A stretch of DNA of 58,063 bases from Octopus bimaculoides (lineage: Eukaryota): assembly GCF_001194135.2 (NCBI RefSeq), contig NC_068982.1:99553047-99611109 (forward strand), read 5' to 3'. Positions 48,466-58,063 of the stretch are shown piece by piece. The stretch's first letter is position 1; each line of letters starts with the position of its first letter. Under the pieces are notes generated by a model. That model worked only from the letters and a program-made list of their open reading frames with translations, made no database searches and was not told where the DNA came from. The translations under genes were made by a program, and so were the position numbers.

Positions 48466-50824
48466 AATAATAATAGTGTCTGCACTTTGTGACATAAATG
48501 TAATAGTAAGCACAGTTTGTTTTTCCAACGTGAAGTAAAAAAAAAAAAAATATCTAGCAAGCTTGACTTGAACCATGCGGATCAGCAAGTTGGTTATTTC
48601 CCATTTATACTTATGTAACTCCTGGCTAACAATTTGGTGCATATAACGCCACCAACATCCTCCAGTGTAAACATGGTTAACGGAGGTTCCTTCTGGTAAA
48701 GTGCATGGTGGTGTCATTTTAGTTTCGAAGACTGACTACACTAGTTACCTTATATTAGGAAATAATTGTCCTTGTACAGGACTTAAGTTTGAAAAAAGAA
48801 ACAAAAACCTAAATTTTAGTTTCCTCCTATCTTGGATTTTAAATTAACAAAGAAGGCATAGCTTACTTTTCAGAGAAAATTGCTGCAATGCCCTACTCCA
48901 ATGGACGTCGTGTTGGAATCTTATGGACTTTGAATTATTTATTAACATCTATTGAGCCACTACATTCATTAAAAGATAAAACCTGGGTGGGTGGTGCAAA
49001 CAAGTTTCCAAGACCCCCCCCCCCACTAGTCAAAAAAAATCTGCACCTTTGTAACATTCCCAAACTGTTTCTGGTGAACACATATGCTTCTCGTTCTTCT
49101 GAAGAACAGTAACAGCTCATAAAAACTGGTAATGAAAGTAAAAAGAAAACTAGTGCTACATTTCACGCACGTTAAAGTTTTCGCTGCCGAGAAAAATTAC
49201 CCCCACCCTAAGAAAAGGAATCGCACATGCGTTTGCGGGAAAAGAGTGCGGAAAAAAAAAACGTTTGTAAGGTTATTTGCTTTTATTGCATACCAATCAC
49301 CCCTTAGTACTGTTTGCAACAGTCGCTTTCTTCTTTTGCTGCTGCCAGAGCAGCACTTTAAACGTCGTTTCTAGCTGTCTGTACTTACAAACTAGAATAC
49401 TATATTCGATAAGCCAGCTTTAATGTTGTGTTAGTCATCTTCCTTTAAAGGCACGAGCGGAGGAGTTCAAGAGAGTGTGTGTGCGCGCGTGTACTCTAAT
49501 TCATTTAGTTGAGGTCATTATGACTGTGGTCCAAATTTAGAAACTTGAAAATATTCCATTATGAGTAGAATATACAAATTGACTATAGACAGCAGAGAGA
49601 AAAAAATTAATGCTATTCCAGAATTAAAGGTTGTACTTTAATAAGCGAGAATAATTGAATTGTGAAGTTGGCGCACGACACTGTAGAAAAGTCAGGTTGC
49701 CCTCCCTCCAAAATTGATAGCGTGTTAAAGTTTAACAATTTCGTTAGATCAAATACTATACTTTAAAAAACCACCACTTGAAGCTTTATATAGCCGTTGA
49801 ACCCAGAAACTGATATACAAGATTTGCGAACTACGCATTTAGAGTTGATACGGTTCTTAAAGAATTCTCCCGTTTGTGACTGAGAACCTCCAGTTCATGA
49901 ATTAGAGTACATATAGTTGTTGCTGACCCATTCACGGAGGATACGTTCTTAATTCTTGTTGACGGGTAATTAAAAAATTAACTGTAGTGTATCTAATGAA
50001 TTTATCAACTGCTCCAGTCACAGCTGAACGAATCTGTTATACATGAACTGCATGTGATATTAAATAAAAAAAAAAAAACTTCAATTTTCATCAATGAAGA
50101 ATAGATTGATTATGAACTCCAATGGAATTAAGAATCTTCCTATGATCCACCATCAGACGGTCATCCTGAGAAAATTACCCAAGTATTTAGGGGCAATAAA
50201 GATAAAAGCAGGCATTCGAAAATGAAATCGACAAGTTTTCTACAAAATTACGCTTCTTTAAGCAACAATAGCTTCTGAATTGTTCAAGGAAGTCACTACT
50301 AAAACTAAATAGGCAGTGTGTGCAAAGGGTCAATATACTGGACGAAGGAGGAAAATATTACATCCACTGAGTAATTTAAAAAATGGGTAGGATGCTACGC
50401 AGTATTGCTTTCTCTCTCGTATCTAACACCAGCCTGGAGTTCGCAACCCTACTCACGTCACACATCATCCAGTTTAGGCAACTATATATGTGGAAGCTAC
50501 TAAGTAATGATTGAGGGTCTTGTGTTGGTAAGTAACAGTGTGAAGTGGTAAGGTCAAAAGTTAATCATAAATAGTCGCCATTATAATATAGCACTCGAAT
50601 AGGCAAAGGATATAAAAGGATATGATAGCAGCCTATGTTGGATAGTCTAATTAAATCAGTCAATATTTGGGATAAATACATAACAAGAATGACTTGTATG
50701 TGTAAAATTTAATGATCATAGTATTACTGAAGTTTGAATTAGAAACTTGTTGACTAGCTTCAATAAATTATTCATAAAATTTCTAGTTAAAAATGGACAC
50801 TAAATCGATGTAGATTTAAACATT

Positions 50825-50830
50825 TTTATT
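50825..50830 (-). promoter_or_regulatory. Candidate polyadenylation signal of BTB gene 2
   Basis: AATAAA on the minus strand about 70 nt after the stop codon. Confidence 0.4.
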
Positions 50831-50897
50831 ATGTATTGATATATAAAAAAAATCTTTGCTAATTGTCAGAACAGTTGTAAACTGCGTCGTTTTTATA

Positions 50898-53231
50898 TCA
50901 TTCGACAAATCCACACCAATCGTTCAATTGCCAGTCCTTAAAGTGATATGACAACAGATCAACTTCTTTGGCAACATTATCTTGTGTCATATTTAAGGGC
51001 CGGTGGATATCGATAGAAAATAGAAACAATTTCCTGATTGCTGGAAGTGGTATAGGACTGAGAATATTTACTTGTAAATGGAAGACATCATAGACAGCAA
51101 TCTGAAAGATGTGGGGAGCTCTATGCATGCCTATCAACACGAAATTCTTAGAAAATAAAATAGTTGTAGAAAAACACACTTTGCCTAGTTTCTTCATTGG
51201 TAAATCACAAAACGGAGGTAGTGGTATGCCGAGTGCCACTCCACTCCAAGAATTTTTGCCTTTTAAATCCAGCACCAATCCATTTATGTAGTACGGTTTG
51301 CGAAAGTAGTAAGAATATTGAAAGTTCTCGTGAAGCTTTGCAATAGAATCTAAAACAAAAAGAATACGATCTCCTAGAATTAATATCGGAACCTGATCGA
51401 GATACGTGGGCTCACTAAAACGCACTCCAACCTCTTCATGTACTAAAGTCTCCATATTAATTTTAAATACATAAAATATTTCATTTGGTTTCATAATAAC
51501 TTTTGTTTCAGTTTCATTGCGACCACAAGTTACAAAGTCAAGTTTCGTAGAGAATCCAAACGAATTTTCAGCCGCAGCACTTTCACTCTTACGAATATCA
51601 GACCTTTTCGTTCTATTGTATAATGCCGTCACTGTCGCCATAAGAAAAACATTCAAGTTTGAGGAGGTTTTGACACTTAATGATACGGATATGACATCAC
51701 CTACAGGTTTGTTTGGATACACGGAAGTTATATAAATCCAAACACTTTCGGTAGTATCCCATCTATTCAAAGCAAAACTTAATTTGTCATTGTTTCGACT
51801 AGTTACAGCACACACTGAATATAGTAGCCCTGAATACGTGAAAAAAGCAGGTTGGACATTACCCAAACATGGAATATCGTCAGTGTTGCGATCAGTCAAC
51901 GGACAAGGTGCAGGCAAAATCATCCAGCTAAACATTTCTAGATTATATAATATTATTACATTGCCTTCGCGTTTGCATGCAAGGAAATTACCAACGAAAC
52001 CAATGGGATCCTGAATAGATAAAGGGAAATATGTGTTGTGCCATGTATGGCTATAAGAACAGTATAGTGAAACTGTATGGTGATTCGATTCTTGTACAAG
52101 AAAACTCCAGTTTGGAGCAAAATTTTCATAAGAATCAAATTGGCGCAGAATAATTTCAGATTTAACTTTAAGACGATTTCCATCTATTGTTGTATACGGA
52201 GGGGCTTGGAGACATTGACACCCACTTGTACCATCTGACTTGATCAAGTGTATCTTTGACTCGAGTCCGGCTCGATGTTGAGTATTACAATTTCTAAATA
52301 TTCTATGAACACGAGCAGAAACCTGAAGCAAATTTCTGTCACTACATGCTGCATTGTCTATGTTATCAAACTGAGCAAAACTATTATTGGTATATATAAT
52401 TTGTTTTTGGCCATTGTCAGAGGTTATAAATACATGTTGCTGCAATAATGGGAGGAGTTCTGTAATAATTTCTTCTAAACTTTCATAAGAATTCATAAAT
52501 AAAATAACGTTCTCATATTCTCGTCGAAGAAGTGGAGTTTCTTGTAAAAATATTTCTAATAAATGTTTTGCCTCTAAAAGGCGTCTAAGTGGATTGTAAG
52601 AAAGCCATAGAATGATAAGTTTTATTGCATGTACCGTGTTAAGATTAATCGTTATCTCTTCGTTTCCGAGAACAGACTTTAAAAATTCTGCAGATAATTC
52701 TTTTATGCTGTCATTCTGTAAAACCATACTACAGAGCGTTTCACAACAAAAAACTAAGCATACAGTCGCAAGTTGATGTAAGTTGTGACGCCAAGCCAGT
52801 TCCCAGATTTGAAATCCATTTACTGGTCGGAGCCCCGCCATCAGAAATTGAGCACAATGAGCTTTCAAAGGATTTAGATCGATCTGATCAAGAACTTTTA
52901 GCAGCTGGTAAACAATCTTATATGACAGAGTTACCTCGCCCTTGTATATATACCTGAGAATCAGGCACAATATGTTCGAATCTTCAATAAGTGGTGTTAA
53001 ATCCAAAGAGTCAATGGTTTCCTTTTCAAATTGGCTTTTGAAATAATCACTTGCAGACGCCAAAATAATACGGTGAGCCGGGATGACAGTAAAACCAACC
53101 TTCAAGTCGACATCACAGAGGAAGCCATCAACGTATAAGGTACTTAGATACGCATCAAATGGTCGACCATATTCCGAGTCTTTAAAGTATCTTTTAATCG
53201 TAGAACCGGTGGCGATTTCGGTACACTGCAT
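50898..53231 (-). CDS. BTB-BACK-beta-propeller protein, 777 aa from MQCTE, single coding exon; paralog 2
   Basis: Uninterrupted ORF; BTB GFLCDVDLKVGFTVIPAHRIILASASDYFKSQF; BACK WELAWRHNLHQL..LIILWLSYN; same six blade segments as paralog 1; start moved from 53267 to ATG 53231 because ttgttctttgttgacAG| (53246-53245) is an acceptor 13 nt upstream and the context aaatATG matches paralog 1. Confidence 0.92.
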   Translation of the reverse strand: MQCTEIATGSTIKRYFKDSEYGRPFDAYLSTLYVDGFLCDVDLKVGFTVIPAHRIILASASDYFKSQFEKETIDSLDLTPLIEDSNILCLILRYIYKGEVTLSYKIVYQLLKVLDQIDLNPLKAHCAQFLMAGLRPVNGFQIWELAWRHNLHQLATVCLVFCCETLCSMVLQNDSIKELSAEFLKSVLGNEEITINLNTVHAIKLIILWLSYNPLRRLLEAKHLLEIFLQETPLLRREYENVILFMNSYESLEEIITELLPLLQQHVFITSDNGQKQIIYTNNSFAQFDNIDNAACSDRNLLQVSARVHRIFRNCNTQHRAGLESKIHLIKSDGTSGCQCLQAPPYTTIDGNRLKVKSEIILRQFDSYENFAPNWSFLVQESNHHTVSLYCSYSHTWHNTYFPLSIQDPIGFVGNFLACKREGNVIILYNLEMFSWMILPAPCPLTDRNTDDIPCLGNVQPAFFTYSGLLYSVCAVTSRNNDKLSFALNRWDTTESVWIYITSVYPNKPVGDVISVSLSVKTSSNLNVFLMATVTALYNRTKRSDIRKSESAAAENSFGFSTKLDFVTCGRNETETKVIMKPNEIFYVFKINMETLVHEEVGVRFSEPTYLDQVPILILGDRILFVLDSIAKLHENFQYSYYFRKPYYINGLVLDLKGKNSWSGVALGIPLPPFCDLPMKKLGKVCFSTTILFSKNFVLIGMHRAPHIFQIAVYDVFHLQVNILSPIPLPAIRKLFLFSIDIHRPLNMTQDNVAKEVDLLSYHFKDWQLNDWCGFVE

Positions 53232-54566
53232 ATTTAAAATAAACCTGTCAACAAAGAACAATGTCATTAAAAGAAAATCAGAGCTAAAATGAGAAATTGT
53301 TGGCGTTGTAATGAATATATTTGTATTATACGGATCAAAGAAACGAGTTATTAAACATTTCTACATTATTCGAACAGGAAGCTTTCGATTTGGAATACGT
53401 CATAAAAATGATAAAAATTGAACACGCAAAATTGAGCGCGCAGAAAAGCTAGCTTCCAAATCCTGTTTCCTGATTTAGTAGGAACCAACTTTAAATATTT
53501 GTACCATTTTCCTAAAATTTTTCTGAAATTAATGAATTACAAAATGGGATTTAGCGTGAAAAATTACATCAATATACCAAATTTTCACATAGTTTCAAAA
53601 GCTGACAGCTACTGAATAAGTCTGTAATTTCAAAATATTGGCAATCCATTGTTTTTAGTCTCAGAGTTGCCATCAATGTTCGACAATTTCCGTAAAGTCT
53701 TTATTTACTTTCATGTCCTGTTGAACCTTACATTCGCTTTGATGTGGGCGAAAAACGAAACATGGCCCTTTTTTTTTTTTTTTTTGTATGCATGTACGTG
53801 TATGCGAAAGATAATGGGTGTGCGTGTGTGTNNNNNNNNNNNNNNNNNNNNNNNNNNNNNNNNNNNNNNNNNNNNNNNNNNNNNNNNNNNNNNNNNNNNN
53901 NNNNNNNNNNNNNNNNNNNNNNNNNNNNNNNNNNNNNNNNNNNNNNNNNNNNNNNNNNNNNNNNNNNNCAAATATTCCAATAAGAAAATGACATTAAATT
54001 CTGCTAACGAATAAAATTTTAATCACAAAATCGAATTTCAACTAACTATACTTCATACGCATTTATGTTAAAATGGACCAGTGTAGCAACAATAATTATG
54101 TAGTCGGCAAAACTGTGAAACACGATTCATATTACAAAACTATTTTTCTCTATATCTACTCTGATAGTGTTGAAGATTCAAATATATAGGCATAAGATGG
54201 GCCTTTACACCAGTCATATGAATACGAATATTTGTCGAAATCAATACAAATTCTAGAAGTTCAGCTCTATCCGCGATACTGACGCTTCGGAAATAAAAAT
54301 TTTATAACAAAGCCGTTTTAGTAGAGCAGAGAGAAAAAATAAATTGTCGTTGAACCATGTTACTATTAATTTATGAACATACGGTGGTGCACCAGCATGA
54401 CCGCAGCCACTTGGCTGAAACACATAAATAAATATATTTAAAAAAATAATAAAAATTTTTAAAAAGCATAACGGGTTTTTAAGAACAAGATCTATCAACA
54501 TACACAGCCCAATGATATAATTATTACAAGAACTTTCCAATTATTTTCCTTAACAAAATACAATAT

Positions 54567-54782
54567 TAAGGCGTCGAGCTGGCAGAAACGTTGGTACGCC
54601 GGGCGAAATGCTTAGTGGTATTTCGTCAGTTTTTACGTTCCGATTTCAAATTCCGCCGAGGTCGACTTTGCTTTTTATTCTTTCGGGGTCGGTTAATTAA
54701 GTACCAGTTGCGTACTGGAGTCGATCTAATCGCCTGGACCCCTCCCCAAAAATTTCGAGCCTTGGGCTTAGAGTAGAAAATA
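54567..54782 (+). mobile_element. SINE family 1, full length
   Basis: aaggcgtcgagctggcagaaacgttggtacgccgggcgaaatgcttag..caaattccgccgaggtcgactttgc..agagtagaaaa. Confidence 0.9.
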
Positions 54783-55985
54783 ATAAAATACTATATTGAC
54801 TACATTACATATAGGACGACCTACAATTACAAAATGGCAAATACTATTATACGTGAATATTTCTATTTTAAATTGTATCCGACAAAAAGTAATGTACAAA
54901 AGATTTAAAGAATATATATTTATACCGATTACCTTCACTTGCAGTTATTCGTGATCCACCAGTGGCAGTAAAAACTTTTTAATAAACTTCTACAAATAAG
55001 AAAGTGAGTTAATTTAAATATTGCACACGTTAAATAGTTTCTGTTGGATTTAAATATGCAACACTATATTTCTTTTAAAAAAATATGGTTGAAGGTTCGT
55101 TTTTTAGTTATTCATTTATTTGTTATTTTATTGTGATATTATAAATGTAATACATAACTTTGTGTGTGTATCAGGCATGTGCCGTCAGTAATTACTCAGA
55201 GCAGGCAGTTTGCGACCTTTATGTAGTAAAACACAAACGCGCGACTGAGATGAAGGCAAATATATTTCTGCCTTTATAGTACGTAAAGAAAAAGTGTTGT
55301 AGAAATGTACGCAGCACGTGTACTATACCAGTACTATGCGTAGCTTAAATACTGAAATTAAAAAGAAGGGGCAAACTATCCCTACCAAATCGACAAAAAA
55401 ATAAAATATTTTGCATTTTATGCATAGCAATCAGAGTAACCTTCATAATTTTATTGAATTAGGTGCATATTTTGCCATGAGAGGAAAATGTTGCTATCGA
55501 TTTATTCAAGGTAGGCACTGCCCATCTTGCCTATCTAGGTGGCACTTCCCTGATATATATATATATATATATATATANNNNNNNNNNNNNNNNNNNNNNN
55601 NNNNNNNNNNNNNNNNNNNNNNNNNNNNNNNNNNNNNNNNNNNNNNNNNNNNNNNNNNNNNNNNNNNNNNNNNNNNNNNNNNNNNNNNNNNNNNNNNNNN
55701 NNNNNNNNNNNNNNNNNNNNNNNNNNNNNNNNNNNNNNNNNNNNNNNNNNNNNNNNNNNNNNNNNNNNNNNNNNNNNNNNNNNNNNNNNNNNNNNNNNNN
55801 NNNNNNNNNNNNNNNNNNNNNNNNNNNNNNNNNNNNNNNNNNNNNNNNNNTATATATCCCTAAAATAAACTTTCTTCTCTACTATCGATGACTTAAGTAC
55901 TGTCATGAATTAGTCGCAATGCAATCAACTATAATCGTCCTCTATTCCTGTAAAAAGATTAGGTTATATAAATTGACGTAAAGGT

Positions 55986-56290
55986 TGGTACTCCGTCGGT
56001 TACTACGTTGAGTGTTCCAGCTGATCCGATTCATGGAACAGCCTGCTCGGGAAATTAACGTGCAAGTGACTGAGCACTCCACAAACATGCGTACCTCTAA
56101 TGTAGTTCTTAGGAGATTCAGTGTGACACAGAATGTGACAAGGCTGGCTCTTTGAAATACAGGTACTACTCATTTTTGCTAGCGGGGTGGACTGGAGCAA
56201 CACGAAAGAAAATATTTTGCTCAAGGACAGAACGCGCCGCAGAATATCGAACTCATGAGCTGAATACCCGTAGCCACTAGGCGACGCATG
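55986..56290 (-). mobile_element. SINE sharing its 3' module with 35264-35654 but with a different central domain
   Basis: ccgtcggttac..gttccag.tgatccgat..ggaacagcctgctcg.gaaattaacgtg.aagtgactgagcactccaca shared; ggactggagcaac..ttgctcaaggaca part differs. Confidence 0.8.
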
Positions 56291-57854
56291 ACTGAGTCAT
56301 GCGAATTGATTTCAATTTTCGATAGCATATTTTAAAGATTCTTTATCGACTCGGAGGTAAAAATCTATCCACAGTTGGAGTTTGATTTATATAGTACGAT
56401 AATGAGATATAGCGTAGATTGTTTACTTTTTTGAGTTCTTTTACTCTCTACAGCAGCCTTTCTCAAAGTCTTTCTCAAACAGTATTTCCCAAGGGTTTTC
56501 TAAGTGCATGCATATATATGATTGGTCACTCTATTTTATCATATACTAGCGCTTACATGCTAGCTTAAAGATAATGCTTCTGACTGTGATATTAATTTTT
56601 ATATATATAGATTATTTAGAGCAACATTTTTTTCCCAAAATTTATAACTTTAAATCATAAATTTTGAAAACTTTGTGCGAAATTGTTAATCTTTTTCTCT
56701 TAGCGCGTTGAAGTTGAATATAATCAACAGAAAACGGTTATTTCTCTGCATTATTATCTAGTACTCGTGATTCTCAGCTACTTTTTCCCATCTGTTTAGT
56801 TGGATAATGAAGGAGGCCATGATCTTCTTGATGGAACCTCGAAGATGTTCCTTAAACGCACTGCTTAGGTCATGATTTCCATTTACTTCATGGTATAGGC
56901 TTTATGGGTTGATTGCATTAAAGACATACAGAGTATTCAGTATTTGTATCTCCACTATCTCATCATCTATTCCTGTCTTCTTTATATCTCCTTCGACTGC
57001 ATCCTCTTAGTGATGGCTTCCTCTAGTTCTCCCATGAATGACTCAGAATCAAAGCATAATAATTCTCTTCTCATATCATTCAAATATTAACTATTTTTCA
57101 AAAACTTTATTGAATAGTTTTATAGAGACCAGACCAGCATTTATCTCTTGGAATTCTGATGTTTACTTTTATCAGTTTATATGTGCTCTAAATGAAATCT
57201 AATAGAATATTCTGTGTTACCATTAATATTGCATATTCCTTTCTCGTCTCAGTCGCTTTCGGCTGGATGTGTCCTTTATTATTAGATATTTAAAAACTCT
57301 CAGGACCCAATCGAATTTGTATATTCACTGAGCTTTCTGTTGATTTGTTGAATTTAGAAAAGAATTATCTTAAATACGAAACATTACCGTTTCTAAACAA
57401 ATATACACTTACTCTCAAAAGTATGCAGCAAAAAGAAAAATTTATAAACACAAACACCTGTCTATCTGTGTAGCTATCGCACACTAACATAAAACCACAA
57501 ATATTATACATACGTATTTGGTAGATTTTATTTAGAGATCATATGAACTTATAAAGGTAAATACTTTTTCAGATTATATGGTATAGGACACCAGAGATAT
57601 TTGATTATCTTCGATGTTTTAGAAAATTCTGTTATATTGAAAACATTGTTGATTATCTCATAAAACGACTATTATTTTTGGGGACAAGATACAAACTACG
57701 TAAGACAGCTTTGGTAGGCCGTATTATTATAAAACTTAAATCGATGTAGCCGACATTGAATATTTGCACGCTAGCAGATATTTCAAAGCAAAAAGTTGAA
57801 TGTTTTCATAGACTCTGCTCCATGATGCGATACGTAAATATATAATGTAATATA

Positions 57855-57984
57855 AGATAGATAGATAGATAGATAGATAGATACAAGCATGTACATACAT
57901 GCACTTACACACACACATACATACGTACGTACATACATACATATATGTATATATACATATATAGATATATACATACATATATAC

Positions 57985-58063
<79 letters not shown>
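57855..58063. repeat. Compound (GATA)n/(CATA)n/(CA)n/(TA)n microsatellite
   Basis: Direct reading. Confidence 0.95.

Noticed and set aside
53232-53267. N-terminal extension MTLFFVDRFILN of BTB gene 2 in the ORF track
   Set aside because: Starts at a non-ATG codon, overlaps a polypyrimidine tract and acceptor, and has no counterpart in paralog 1
35264-56290. Related SINEs upstream of both BTB genes as a co-duplicated regulatory element
   Set aside because: Opposite orientation relative to their genes, different bodies, and the first has its own TSD, so they are independent insertions
4648-58022. Long ORFs made of X runs or poly-N/Y/I/S, HT, CV and YV repeats
   Set aside because: Translations of gaps and microsatellites
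1-58063. CRISPR arrays, rRNA genes, prokaryotic operons
   Set aside because: None seen; the sequence is eukaryotic, with spliceosomal introns and SINE/LINE content

Overview
AT-rich, repeat-dense animal genomic DNA with many assembly gaps (e.g. 4691-5043, 7132-7507, 11685-12540, 27451-27882). The tRNA-derived SINEs, microsatellite load and gap style suggest an octopus (cephalopod) draft scaffold; this is inferred, not proven. Host genes: (i) the last two coding exons of a CCAP/neuropeptide-S-type GPCR (2492-2663, 3981-4233, +); (ii) a convergent pair of paralogous single-coding-exon genes (36518-38839 +, 50898-53231 -) encoding BTB-BACK proteins with a long variable linker and a highly diverged six-blade beta-propeller that lacks Kelch GG motifs. 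Both have a splice acceptor just upstream of the ATG. The rest is mobile DNA: R4/Dong LINEs stacked in (TAA)n arrays, RTE, L1/Tx1, CR1/Jockey-group and Penelope-like remnants, mariner and probable Chapaev3 transposase remnants, and several SINE families. Best leads: the unusual BTB-propeller pair (putative Cullin-3 adaptors, possibly fast-evolving), two type I minimal hammerhead ribozyme folds (25331-25378 +, 27964-28010 -), the nested TAA-targeted retrotransposon stack, and several inverted repeats that could form ADAR substrates. All calls are from manual reading; no database searches were run.
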